This document shows positions 8,453 to 16,968 of a stretch of 32,000 bases of DNA, one piece after another. The notes under the pieces are model-generated. The model had not been told where the DNA came from, made no database searches, and saw nothing but the letters and a program-made list of their open reading frames with translations. Both the position numbers and the translations under genes were made by a program. The stretch's first letter is position 1, and each line of letters opens with the position of its first letter. Source of the DNA: Candidatus Saccharimonadota bacterium (GTDB lineage: Bacteria; Patescibacteriota; Saccharimonadia; Saccharimonadales; Saccharimonadaceae); NCBI GenBank assembly GCA_025349965.1, contig CP075337.1, forward strand, positions 600,001-632,000, written 5' to 3'.

Positions 8453-9694
8453 TTATGCTATCTTAGCAAGCAGCTCTTCGACTGTCAATTTTTCAGAGGC
8501 ATCACTTGCCCGTCGGCTAGTATACTCTATAACCCCCTCTTCAAGCAAGCGCTCGCTAATGACAACACGGTGCGGGATCCCCATGAGCTCAGCATCTGCG
8601 AACTTCGCACCTGGACGTTCATTACGGTCATCGTAGAGCACTGTAACACCGGCAGACTGAAGCCTTTCATACAGTTCGGTCGCTTGTTCAGCAACATCAC
8701 CGATGCTCACAAGATAGACTCTATACGGCGCGACGTTTTCAGGCCAAACCAACCCCTTATCGTCAGAAAAATGTTCGGCAATAAGTCCCATGAGGCGACT
8801 CGGGCCGATGCCGTAGCTTCCCATAAATACATTTTTTGCTCTTCCATCCTCGCCAGTGTACGTGAGGCCGAGCGGTTCGCTAAAGCGCTCGCCAAGTGTG
8901 AAGATATTCCCCACCTCAACCGCCTTCACCTCTTCAAGCTCTTCTTTTTTCACTCCAAGTTCGGCAAGCACTTCGTCATTGTACACTTCTTCATTGATAG
9001 CAATCTTTTTCTCGCGGTGAACATACACAATATCCTCACCCACTTCGCTCAGTGTCTGGAACTCGTGGCTAAACTTTGCAAAACTTCCGCCGCTTGCAAA
9101 TGTCTTGAAGGTAATATCTCCAAGACCGAGACGGTCAAAGACTCGTCCGTACGCTTCAGACGCTTTCTCGTAAAACGCATCATGCTCGGCTTGATCTTTA
9201 CTGAAGCTATACAGGTCTTTCATCCAGAATTCACGCCCACGCATGAGCCCGCTCTTTGAGCGAAGCTCGTTGCGGAACTTAATTTGGAATTGATACGGAT
9301 ACACCGGCAAGTCCTTGTAGCTATTGATGTACGGCTTCATAAGCTTCGTGAGTGGCTCTTCGTGTGTTGGCGCAAGACCAAGCTCTGAGCCGTTAGCAAG
9401 CTTCGTCTTAAACCAAACGTCGAGTACGGCATCGTCCCAACGACCAGATGCCTTCCATACTTCACTTGATTGAAGTGCCGTAAGGCTAATTTCGTTGCCG
9501 CCAATACTATTCATTTCTTCGCGGATAATCTGAATGATGTTATCGAGTACACGCTTACCAAGTGGCAGATACGCATAAACTCCGGCCATCTCTTTATAAA
9601 CAAACCCAGCACGAATAAGGAGTTGTGCGTTCTTCGCAACTTCGTCAGCTGGTGCCTGTTTTAGTGTCTTTGTGAATAAATTTGTAACTCGCAT
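8453..9694 (-). CDS. proS: prolyl-tRNA synthetase, short bacterial-type form without INS editing domain
   Basis: 413-aa ORF. MRVTNLFTKTLKQAPADEVAKNAQLLIRAGF..., class II core (FRNELRSKSGLMRGREF) and a C-terminal anticodon-binding domain. Its start overlaps the stop of the upstream CPBP gene (TAATG). Confidence 0.9.
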   Translation of the reverse strand: MRVTNLFTKTLKQAPADEVAKNAQLLIRAGFVYKEMAGVYAYLPLGKRVLDNIIQIIREEMNSIGGNEISLTALQSSEVWKASGRWDDAVLDVWFKTKLANGSELGLAPTHEEPLTKLMKPYINSYKDLPVYPYQFQIKFRNELRSKSGLMRGREFWMKDLYSFSKDQAEHDAFYEKASEAYGRVFDRLGLGDITFKTFASGGSFAKFSHEFQTLSEVGEDIVYVHREKKIAINEEVYNDEVLAELGVKKEELEEVKAVEVGNIFTLGERFSEPLGLTYTGEDGRAKNVFMGSYGIGPSRLMGLIAEHFSDDKGLVWPENVAPYRVYLVSIGDVAEQATELYERLQSAGVTVLYDDRNERPGAKFADAELMGIPHRVVISERLLEEGVIEYTSRRASDASEKLTVEELLAKIA

Positions 9695-10458
9695 TATCCT
9701 CCTAGTGTACTAAGGATTGAGGGATTTACAAAGAGGAAGTAAAAGGCCACGCCGTTCTTGAGCATATGAAGCATAATAGACGGCCAGAGGCTACCAGAAA
9801 AAATACGGAGCAAACACAGCACGATACTCAGCGCAAACACGTCAACACCCACATTCCCCTGGAAGTGCACGATCGCAAAAAGCAGACTCACCAAAAGCAC
9901 CGAAACCCATGTTTTTATCTTTGCCTTGCGGAGTTTGCCAAAGAGGTAGCCGCGGAAAAGTACTTCTTCTGCAACAGGCGCAATGACAACCAGTCCAATA
10001 AATGCGAGGACATATTCGTAACTATGTGCCACGGACTCGTATCCGGTTGTTTGCTTTTGCTCAAAATCAATAAATGGCATGAGCGCCATGGCAATAGTTG
10101 AAATGACAACCGTTAAAATAATATACGTCACCGCTCCCGCGCCGAGCCATCCATAATCTTTCCAGCCTACAAAGCGGTCAAGCCCCAATTCTTTCAGCGT
10201 CGTCTTACGCCGGAGGAGCCACGGCACCCCAATAGCAACGAGAATCGTTAGGCTATAAATAATAATCCCTGCGCTTGCAGAAAATACCGCTTCGTTGACA
10301 GATTCAAACGAAACCCCAGAAAGCTTCATCACGAAAAGCGCGCCAGCGAATAGTAACTGCACCGCCATAAATGAAACGAAAACCCACGCCATCAGCCCGA
10401 GCGCAATAGCCGCCTTGCGCCAAAACTTCTTTGAACCGCCTCGCTCTACGTCTTCCAT
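9694..10458 (-). CDS. CPBP family intramembrane glutamic endopeptidase (CAAX protease-like)
   Basis: 254-aa polytopic ORF with the three CPBP motifs: EEVLFRG, FAIVHF and MLHMLKN. Confidence 0.85.
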   Translation of the reverse strand: MEDVERGGSKKFWRKAAIALGLMAWVFVSFMAVQLLFAGALFVMKLSGVSFESVNEAVFSASAGIIIYSLTILVAIGVPWLLRRKTTLKELGLDRFVGWKDYGWLGAGAVTYIILTVVISTIAMALMPFIDFEQKQTTGYESVAHSYEYVLAFIGLVVIAPVAEEVLFRGYLFGKLRKAKIKTWVSVLLVSLLFAIVHFQGNVGVDVFALSIVLCLLRIFSGSLWPSIMLHMLKNGVAFYFLFVNPSILSTLGG

Positions 10459-10463
10459 GCACC

Positions 10464-11603
10464 CTACCTAAATAACTTTGAGATATCAAGTATCGTGATA
10501 AGGAGAATAAGCCCAAGGAGCACCATGAAACCTACGCCATGAATCGTTTCTTCGCGCTCTTTTGTAAGCGGCTTTTTGAAGAGCTTGAACATCGCAGTAA
10601 CAAACCATCGCCCACCATCAAGGGCTGGGATAGGGAGAATATTCATCACAGCAAGCGTTAGTGAAATAATCGCCGCCAAGAAAACAACTTGCTCCGGCCC
10701 GGCTTTGCTTGCATTCGGGAAGATTGTTCCGAGAATACCTACCGGCCCTGCTACACTATCACCCGCCCTACCGAGCTTCTCCGAGGCGGCCTGACGCGCG
10801 TCACTATTGGCTGTAAGTTGTCCGAACAACCCGGTGACCGTGTCTGCTACTAGATTCCCAAGCCCCTGCAACGTCGCCCACGTATACTGTCCAGTAGTTA
10901 CTACGCCCACAATCGGCGCAGACCATGTTGCGCGAAGTTTCTCGGACTGACCAAGCTGCGCACCAAATACCTCTTTGTCCTCGTCACGGAATCGCACGGT
11001 TGCAACGCCTTCTTTTCCACCGCGCTCATATGCCACCTGTGTGGCTTCACCGCGATGCGTGCTACTTTCTTTAATGAGATCCTGCACCGTTTCAACTGGC
11101 ACGCCGTTAATCTTCGTGACAACATCGCCCTTCTGGAGCCCCGCCTTTGCGGCCGGGTAGTCATCTTTTAGTGCAAGGATTTCCACCGGAGTACGAACAT
11201 AGCTTGCATCAGACGTCACTGCGAACTGATTTGGGATAATCTTTGGAAGCCCCCCAACCCATGCAAGTGCCGTCAATAAGAGCACGGCGATGAGCCAGTT
11301 CACCACTACGCCAGCAAGGAGAATTTGCGTCTTTTGCCAAAACGTCGCCGCGCCGTAATCACCCTTTTTATTCGCCGAATCGTGCTCACCTTGCAGCTTA
11401 ACAAAGCCACCAATTGGAAGCCAGTTCAGCGTCAGAAGAACACCATTTTTTAACTTCTTCTTCCAGGCACGAGGCGGCATACCGATGCCAAATTCTTCAA
11501 CAACCACGCCGTGGCGACGCGCCGCTAAAGCATGACCTAATTCATGAAGTGCCACCAAAATAACCAAGACAATCAGTCCAATAATAATTCCCACTAACAA
11601 CAT
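10464..11603 (-). CDS. rseP: RIP (site-2) metalloprotease, M50 family, RseP/RasP-like
   Basis: 379-aa ORF with HELGHALAARRHG (HExxH) in TM1, a central PDZ-like segment (AAKAGLQKGDVVTKINGVPV) and NILPIPALDGG near the C-terminus. SD AAGGAGAGGG lies upstream. Confidence 0.85.
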   Translation of the reverse strand: MLLVGIIIGLIVLVILVALHELGHALAARRHGVVVEEFGIGMPPRAWKKKLKNGVLLTLNWLPIGGFVKLQGEHDSANKKGDYGAATFWQKTQILLAGVVVNWLIAVLLLTALAWVGGLPKIIPNQFAVTSDASYVRTPVEILALKDDYPAAKAGLQKGDVVTKINGVPVETVQDLIKESSTHRGEATQVAYERGGKEGVATVRFRDEDKEVFGAQLGQSEKLRATWSAPIVGVVTTGQYTWATLQGLGNLVADTVTGLFGQLTANSDARQAASEKLGRAGDSVAGPVGILGTIFPNASKAGPEQVVFLAAIISLTLAVMNILPIPALDGGRWFVTAMFKLFKKPLTKEREETIHGVGFMVLLGLILLITILDISKLFR

Positions 11604-11627
11604 ACCCTCTCCTTTTATATCCGGTGA

Positions 11628-12338
11628 CTAGCCGCCAAAGCGACGACCGCGTTTTGTGTATTCTTCAATAATATGCGTCACGTCTTCAGTGTTCATGTCC
11701 GGCCAGTTTTTATCCAAGAATAGGAATTCACTGTACGCCGAACGCCAAAGCATAAAATTACTCAAACGCTGCTCGCCACTAGTACGAACAACCATATCAA
11801 TCGGTGGCACTTCTGGCGCATAGAGGTGCTCTGAAATAAGTTCTTCGGTAATTGCTTCGGCTGGCGTACCCGCTTCAATGATAGCCTTCACTGCCTCGGT
11901 AATCTCTTTTTGCCCACCATAGTTAAAACAAAGCGCAAGCACGCCACCAGTATTACCCGCAGTCTCAGCCTCGGCCTTATCAATTGCTTTAAGGATTTTC
12001 TTATCAACCCCCTCACGAGAGCCAAGTACCTTAAGGCGGACATTATGTTTCTGTAGCTCAGGAATATCGCTCGTCAGAAGCTTGAGCACAAGCCCCATAA
12101 GCTTCTTCACTTCATCCGCGCTGCGCTTCCAGTTTTCTGTAGAAAAAATGTATGCAGAAAAATACTCAACGCCACGCGCCAGCATTTCAATACCCACTTC
12201 TTTGACCGCATTATAGCCCGCAAGATGCCCTTCATACGTAGGTAGTCCGTGTTGTTTCGCCCAGCGCCTATTTCCGTCGACAATCACCCCAACGTGACGC
12301 GGGATAACTGTATGTAGAGTATCAGAGTCAACTGCCAT
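11628..12338 (-). CDS. uppS: isoprenyl transferase / undecaprenyl-diphosphate synthase
   Basis: 236-aa ORF with the cis-prenyltransferase motifs VGVIVDGNRRWAK and RTSGEQRLSNFMLWRSAYSEF. Confidence 0.9.
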   Translation of the reverse strand: MAVDSDTLHTVIPRHVGVIVDGNRRWAKQHGLPTYEGHLAGYNAVKEVGIEMLARGVEYFSAYIFSTENWKRSADEVKKLMGLVLKLLTSDIPELQKHNVRLKVLGSREGVDKKILKAIDKAEAETAGNTGGVLALCFNYGGQKEITEAVKAIIEAGTPAEAITEELISEHLYAPEVPPIDMVVRTSGEQRLSNFMLWRSAYSEFLFLDKNWPDMNTEDVTHIIEEYTKRGRRFGG

Positions 12339-12341
12339 AAA

Positions 12342-12896
12342 TTAAATTGTAAGGATTTCCTTCTCTTTAGCCTTGAAGATTTCATCGATCTTATTGTTGT
12401 AGCTTGAGATAAGATCATCAATCCCCTTTTCAGAACGCTTCTGGTCATCCTCGGAAAGCTCTTTTGCATCTTTCATGCGCTTAATTTCCTTGAAGGCGTC
12501 TTGGCGAACATTACGGAGTGCAATCTTTGCCTCTTCAACCTTCTCAGAGGTTTGCTTCACGATTTGCTTACGGCGTTCTTCGGTGAGCGCTGGGATTGGC
12601 ACGCGCACAAGACGGCCATCATCAGACGGGTTGAGTCCAAGACCCTGATCTGCACGGATTGCTGCGCTAATTGCCTGAAGGCTTGATGGGTCAAACGGTG
12701 TAACGGTAAGCATTTGTGGCTCTGGTGCCATCACATTTGCCACTTGGTTAAGCGGCATAAGTTGCCCGTACACTTCAACCTTGATGCTATCAAGCATGCT
12801 TGGGTGCGCACGACCAGTTCGGACCTTCTTTAGTTCATCTTCGTAGTGGGTAATAGCCGCGTCAAAGCGAGCTTGGTAGGGTTTTTGATCAAACAT
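12342..12896 (-). CDS. frr: ribosome recycling factor
   Basis: 184-aa ORF of typical RRF length and sequence (...VRTGRAHPSMLDSIKVEVYG..., LTEERRKQIVK). SD AGAGG lies 9 nt upstream. Confidence 0.9.
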   Translation of the reverse strand: MFDQKPYQARFDAAITHYEDELKKVRTGRAHPSMLDSIKVEVYGQLMPLNQVANVMAPEPQMLTVTPFDPSSLQAISAAIRADQGLGLNPSDDGRLVRVPIPALTEERRKQIVKQTSEKVEEAKIALRNVRQDAFKEIKRMKDAKELSEDDQKRSEKGIDDLISSYNNKIDEIFKAKEKEILTI

Positions 12897-12984
12897 ACAT
12901 TTATTATACCTCTTTGAGGGGGTGTTTGCTAGGCAACGCCACTAAAAGCAGTATTGTCATCGCAATGGTACTTTTAGGCGAATT

Positions 12985-13026
12985 CCAAAAACATATACTC
13001 TACATATATAAAGTATATGTTTTTGG
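12985..13026. other. AT-rich perfect 14-bp inverted repeat in the tsf-frr spacer (hairpin or operator)
   Basis: CCAAAAACATATAC (12985-12998) and GTATATGTTTTTGG (13013-13026) flank a 14-nt AT-rich loop. No flanking T-run. Confidence 0.5.
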
Positions 13027-13056
13027 AGTTAAGGAAAATGGCAATAACAACATCTA

Positions 13057-13096
13057 CGCAAAAAGAAAACACCCGTCTCACTTAACGGGTGTTTTC
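13057..13096 (-). terminator. rho-independent terminator after tsf
   Basis: GAAAACACCCGT (13065-13076) pairs with ACGGGTGTTTTC (13085-13096). The minus strand continues TTTTTGCG. Confidence 0.75.
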
Positions 13097-13114
13097 AAAA
13101 TCAGCGTGAAACGA

Positions 13115-13711
13115 TTAGTCGTTTACACCAAGCTCAATACGCTTGAAGCGGCGAATGATAATGTTTTCACCAGTCTGGGCGATAGTTTCCTTAAGGAACT
13201 CACCAACAGTCTGCGAGTCATTCATGATGTAGCTCTGTGAAAGGAGCACCTTATCTGCGAAGTGCTTCTTTACCTGGCCTTCAACGATTTTTTCAATCAT
13301 GTCAGCCGGCTTGCCAGCAAGTGCATCAGATGCCTTTGCTTCTTCACGCACACGCTCAACTTCTTCTGTAGGAATTTCATCTTCAGAAACGTACACAGGT
13401 GCCATTGATGCAACCTGAAGTGCGATCTGGTGAGCAAAGTCCTTGAAGCCTTCTGTGCGAGCAACGAAGTCAGTCTCACAGTTTACTTCCACAAGCACGC
13501 CAATGCGTCCACCGTGAACGTAGCTGTCAATCACACCTTCAAGTGCTTCACGATCAGCTTTCTTTTCAGCCTTTGTAAGACCCTTTTTGCGCATTTCTTC
13601 AAGTGCCTTATCAAAGTCACCATCAGCCGCTACGAGTGCACCCTTGGCATCACCAAGACCCACACCAGTCAATTCTTTAAGCTTCTTGATATCTTCAATT
13701 GATACAGCCAT
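13115..13711 (-). CDS. tsf: translation elongation factor Ts (short form)
   Basis: 198-aa ORF. N-terminal UBA-like domain MAVSIEDIKKLKELTGVGLGDAKGALVAADGDFDKALEEMRKKG. It lies 6 nt downstream of rpsB. Confidence 0.9.
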   Translation of the reverse strand: MAVSIEDIKKLKELTGVGLGDAKGALVAADGDFDKALEEMRKKGLTKAEKKADREALEGVIDSYVHGGRIGVLVEVNCETDFVARTEGFKDFAHQIALQVASMAPVYVSEDEIPTEEVERVREEAKASDALAGKPADMIEKIVEGQVKKHFADKVLLSQSYIMNDSQTVGEFLKETIAQTGENIIIRRFKRIELGVND

Positions 13712-13717
13712 TGTTAC

Positions 13718-14434
13718 TTACGCCTTCCCTTCTTTATCGCTCTTTGAAACGCCCTTGCCTTCAGCAATTGCCTGCTTGATGTAATCAAGGAGTACTGAAA
13801 CACCCTTAATTGCGTCGTCGTTTGCAGGAATAATGTAGTCAGCTGGGGTTGGGTCAACGTTTGTGTCAGCAAGCGCAACAACTGGAATACCAAGTGTCTT
13901 TGCTTCCTTAATAGCGTTCACGTCACCAAGCATGTCAGTAATAACAAGTGCACCTGGCTTGCCGCTCATATCCTTGATACCGCCGTACTTGTGGTTAAGT
14001 TCGTCGATTTCTTCCTGGAAACGCTGTACTTCAAGCTTGTTGTACTTCTTCTCAAAAGCACCTGACGCCATGTTGCGCTCAAGGTCTTTAAGCTTCTTGA
14101 TCTGCTTTGTCATAGTACCAGTGTTTGTAAGGGTACCGCCGAGCCAACGGTTCACCATGTATGGCTGTCCGAGCTCTTCAGCAGTTTGCTTTACAATATC
14201 CTTCGTCTGCTTCTTTGTTGCTACGAAAAGAATTGGCTTTCCAGCAGCAGCTACAGATGTAAGGAATGGAAGCGCCGCATCGAGACCTTCAACGGTCTTT
14301 ACGAGGTCAATGATGTGTGAATCCTGACGCTTGCTGTGAATGTATGGCGCCATCTTAGGGTGCCAACGGCTTGTTTTGTGTCCGAAGTGTACGCCCGCTT
14401 CGAGCAACTTCTTAATATCAACCTGTACGGCCAT
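13718..14434 (-). CDS. rpsB: 30S ribosomal protein S2
   Basis: The frame extends to 14464, but ATG 14434 (MAVQVDIKKLLEAGVHFGHKTSRWHPKM...) is preceded by SD AAAGGAG. It carries the canonical S2 N-terminus. Confidence 0.9.
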   Translation of the reverse strand: MAVQVDIKKLLEAGVHFGHKTSRWHPKMAPYIHSKRQDSHIIDLVKTVEGLDAALPFLTSVAAAGKPILFVATKKQTKDIVKQTAEELGQPYMVNRWLGGTLTNTGTMTKQIKKLKDLERNMASGAFEKKYNKLEVQRFQEEIDELNHKYGGIKDMSGKPGALVITDMLGDVNAIKEAKTLGIPVVALADTNVDPTPADYIIPANDDAIKGVSVLLDYIKQAIAEGKGVSKSDKEGKA

Positions 14435-14522
14435 GATATTTACTCCTTTTACCTCCCCCGTCACGCCTGAGACTATCAGGAGTAATTATGACGAGGTGTG
14501 TCGTTTAATATATTACCCTCTT

Positions 14523-14564
14523 ATTATAGCAGATTTACGGGTGGACGTCTAGGGGTGGTATACT
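14523..14564. promoter_or_regulatory. divergent promoter pair (rpsB operon on minus strand, 80-aa ORF/DUF475 operon on plus strand)
   Basis: Minus strand: TGCTATAAT (14523-14531) with TAGACG 17 nt upstream. Plus strand: TGGTATACT (14556-14564). Confidence 0.5.
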
Positions 14565-14599
14565 AGATAAAACCGAGCAAACAAACTCTCAGGGGGAAT

Positions 14600-14842
14600 A
14601 TGAAAGAACCAACATACACACCAAATCAATGGGTTACCTATGAACACGCCAATGGCGGCGGATTTGGCCAGATTGTTGGCGGTGACTTTGATGGTCACAG
14701 CTGGCACTATATCGTACAGGGTCAATCTGTCGAACGTCACGCTGTGCGCGTCAAAGAAGACGCAGTCCGGCTCATTCTCGACAACCATTCATGGCTTCCA
14801 CCCCTCAAACAAACCAGTACTGAAATCTACAAAGACCTCTAG
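14600..14842 (+). CDS. hypothetical small protein (80 aa)
   Basis: An extended -10 TGGTATACT (14556-14564) and a GGGGGA SD lie upstream of ATG 14600. The stop is 9 nt before the next gene, which lacks its own SD. I recognise no family. Confidence 0.5.
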   Translation: MKEPTYTPNQWVTYEHANGGGFGQIVGGDFDGHSWHYIVQGQSVERHAVRVKEDAVRLILDNHSWLPPLKQTSTEIYKDL

Positions 14843-14851
14843 GAACTACTT

Positions 14852-15892
14852 ATGCAATTACTTTCATTCTTCAAATGGACTCTTTTAGCAACTGCCGCGT
14901 CACTTATCGCCGCTTACTTTTATGGTGGCTGGGCGGCGCTCGCCACCTGTATCATTCTTGGCATTCTTGAAGTCTCACTTTCGTTCGATAATGCCGTTCT
15001 CAATGCCAGCATTTTACGTAAAATGAGCCCTTTCTGGCAAAAAATGTTCCTCACTATCGGTATCATTATCGCCGTATTTGGAATGCGCCTCGTCTTCCCA
15101 CTCCTTATTGTGGCGATTGCCGCGCAGCTCAACCCAGTTGAAGCCGTACAGCTCGCACTCGCCAAAGGCGACCCGCATACCCCGGGAACCTACGGCTACA
15201 TCCTCGCAGCCGCACATCCTTATATTGCGGCCTTTGGTGGCATGTTCCTGCTGCTCCTTTTCCTCGATTTCATTTTTGAAGACCGCGACATCAAGTGGCT
15301 ACAACGCCTTGAAAAGCCATTGGCGAAAATTGGCCGCCTTAAAACAGTATCTGTACTGCTTGCACTTGGCGGGCTCGTCGCTGCAACAGCCACCCTACCA
15401 GCAGACGTCCAGCTTCCCGCGCTCACCGCCGGCATCTTTGGCGTCATGCTCTACATTTTCATTAAAGGACTAGGTGATGTCTTCCAAAAATACAGTGAAT
15501 CTAAAATGGGCAACATGACACTCGCGGTCGGTAAAGCTGGTTTCTTTATGTTCCTCTACCTTGAAGTGCTTGATGCTACCCTTTCATTTGATGGAGCAAT
15601 CGGCGCCTTCGCCATTACGCCAGATCCAATTATCATCGGTCTTGGTCTTGGTATTATCGGTGCAATGGCCGTTCGCTCCCTTACCGTGTATATGGTGCGC
15701 AAAGGGACGCTTGACGAATTCGTTCACCTTGAGCATGGCGCCCATTGGGCAATTGGTGCGCTTGCTGTCATTCTCCTCGTCAGCATTACCGTTCATGTCA
15801 ATGAAATCATTACTGGATTGGTCGGACTCGTCTTTATTGGTGCGGCATTCTGGACAAGTATTTTGTATCGGCGCAAACACTCTGTAAAATAA
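14852..15892 (+). CDS. integral membrane protein, DUF475 / TerC-related
   Basis: 346-aa polytopic ORF. EVSLSFDNAVLNA and a second LEVLDATLSFDGAIGAF repeat recall the TerC/DUF475 duplicated motif. The family is assigned from memory. Confidence 0.65.
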   Translation: MQLLSFFKWTLLATAASLIAAYFYGGWAALATCIILGILEVSLSFDNAVLNASILRKMSPFWQKMFLTIGIIIAVFGMRLVFPLLIVAIAAQLNPVEAVQLALAKGDPHTPGTYGYILAAAHPYIAAFGGMFLLLLFLDFIFEDRDIKWLQRLEKPLAKIGRLKTVSVLLALGGLVAATATLPADVQLPALTAGIFGVMLYIFIKGLGDVFQKYSESKMGNMTLAVGKAGFFMFLYLEVLDATLSFDGAIGAFAITPDPIIIGLGLGIIGAMAVRSLTVYMVRKGTLDEFVHLEHGAHWAIGALAVILLVSITVHVNEIITGLVGLVFIGAAFWTSILYRRKHSVK

Positions 15893-15896
15893 GACT

Positions 15897-16238
15897 ATGA
15901 CAATAGAAGAATACTCAAAGCAAGCAATTACCACCCTTCACACTGACCACGGCACTTCAGACATGAGCGCAACACTCCTCTCTCAAGTATTTGGTCTTGT
16001 TGGCGAAGGTGGCGAGGTTGCAGAAAAATTTAAGAAACTCATCCGTGACAAAAACGGCGCCCTTTCAGAAGAAGACACCAAAGAAATCCTCAAAGAACTT
16101 GGCGATGTCCTTTGGTACGTCAACTCTATCTCTAACCTGCTTGGGTCAAGCCTTAGCGAAGTAGCAGCCAATAACCTTGAAAAGGTACTCAGCCGAAAGG
16201 AACGTGGCGTCACAAGCGGTAGCGGCGACAACCGCTAG
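15897..16238 (+). CDS. MazG-like nucleotide pyrophosphohydrolase (small all-alpha NTP-PPase)
   Basis: 113-aa ORF. GLVGEGGEVAEKFKKLIRD and ELGDVLWYV are the paired acidic-helix motifs of the MazG domain. It lies 4 nt after the upstream gene. Confidence 0.75.
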   Translation: MTIEEYSKQAITTLHTDHGTSDMSATLLSQVFGLVGEGGEVAEKFKKLIRDKNGALSEEDTKEILKELGDVLWYVNSISNLLGSSLSEVAANNLEKVLSRKERGVTSGSGDNR

Positions 16239-16257
16239 CACTCACCTCTATAGACAA

Positions 16258-16296
16258 AATCGCCACCCCAACAGAGGATGGCGATTGATTTTTATT
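16258..16296 (+). terminator. terminator after the MazG-like gene
   Basis: AATCGCCA..CC pairs with GG..TGGCGATT (16258-16286), followed by GATTTTTATT. Confidence 0.5.
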
Positions 16297-16396
16297 GTTA
16301 TTTATGTTATAGTTTACAAATCAAACTTCTCCGCCTCCCGCGTTGAGCGGTTTGTGAAGGTTTTTTGACAATTTACCCACCACTATCATTGGAGTA

Positions 16397-16963
16397 TTGA
16401 TGGAAATTGAAATCGACGACGATAACTTCTCCGAACGTCGCACCACGCGTGTAATCGGGTCACTAAAGGAAACTACCAACGACCCCACGGAATCCGACAA
16501 GCTCGTACGCTTTCCGCACAGCAAGGCACCCAAGACCGAATCGGAACTGGAACGCTCAGACAGACGCAAGACAATTGCGTCCTGCTCCATCATCGCCATC
16601 GCCATGGTGGCCTTCTTCGTCTTCGTGGGGGTGACCTATGACAGACTAACCAATGACACGTCAGTCCTCGACATGCTCATCGTCACCTTGATCATCGGTC
16701 TCGCCTTCGCCTGCCTCGCCCTGTGGCCCATCTGGGCTCTTGGTCTTCACAAGGCAGGAGAGCAGCTTGCCTACTGGTACAGAGAAGTGCCCCAGGGTGA
16801 GGTCTACGAAGTCGGTACTTCCACACAGGGCGACTACATCATCCTAGAGGGCTACAACCGGGCCGGTGAAATTACTCACCAGCGCCATGAAGTTGACTTC
16901 ACCAGAATTCAGCCCGTTGCGCGTGGCGACTACTACGACTTCCGCAAGGAGGCCGGATACTAA
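16397..16963 (+). CDS. hypothetical membrane protein (2 predicted TM helices), GC-rich
   Basis: 188-aa ORF. The start is TTG 16397 or, more likely, ATG 16400, which lies 5 nt after GGAG. TM segments are IASCSIIAIAMVAFFVFVGV and LIVTLIIGLAFACLALWPIWALGL. Local GC is 39/60 at 16681-16740. Three hairpins follow. Confidence 0.6.
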   Translation: MMEIEIDDDNFSERRTTRVIGSLKETTNDPTESDKLVRFPHSKAPKTESELERSDRRKTIASCSIIAIAMVAFFVFVGVTYDRLTNDTSVLDMLIVTLIIGLAFACLALWPIWALGLHKAGEQLAYWYREVPQGEVYEVGTSTQGDYIILEGYNRAGEITHQRHEVDFTRIQPVARGDYYDFRKEAGY

Positions 16964-16968
16964 ACCTT

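Noticed and set aside
14549-14788. 79-aa minus-strand ORF and 82-aa alternative plus frame (14640-14888) overlapping the 80-aa ORF
   Set aside because: Neither has a promoter or RBS context. The minus-strand ORF would start inside the divergent promoter region.
14570-14851. yybP-ykoY (Mn) riboswitch upstream of the TerC-like gene
   Set aside because: I could not find the conserved cores of that riboswitch as I remember them. The region carries an SD-preceded 80-codon ORF instead, and a cmscan would settle the question.
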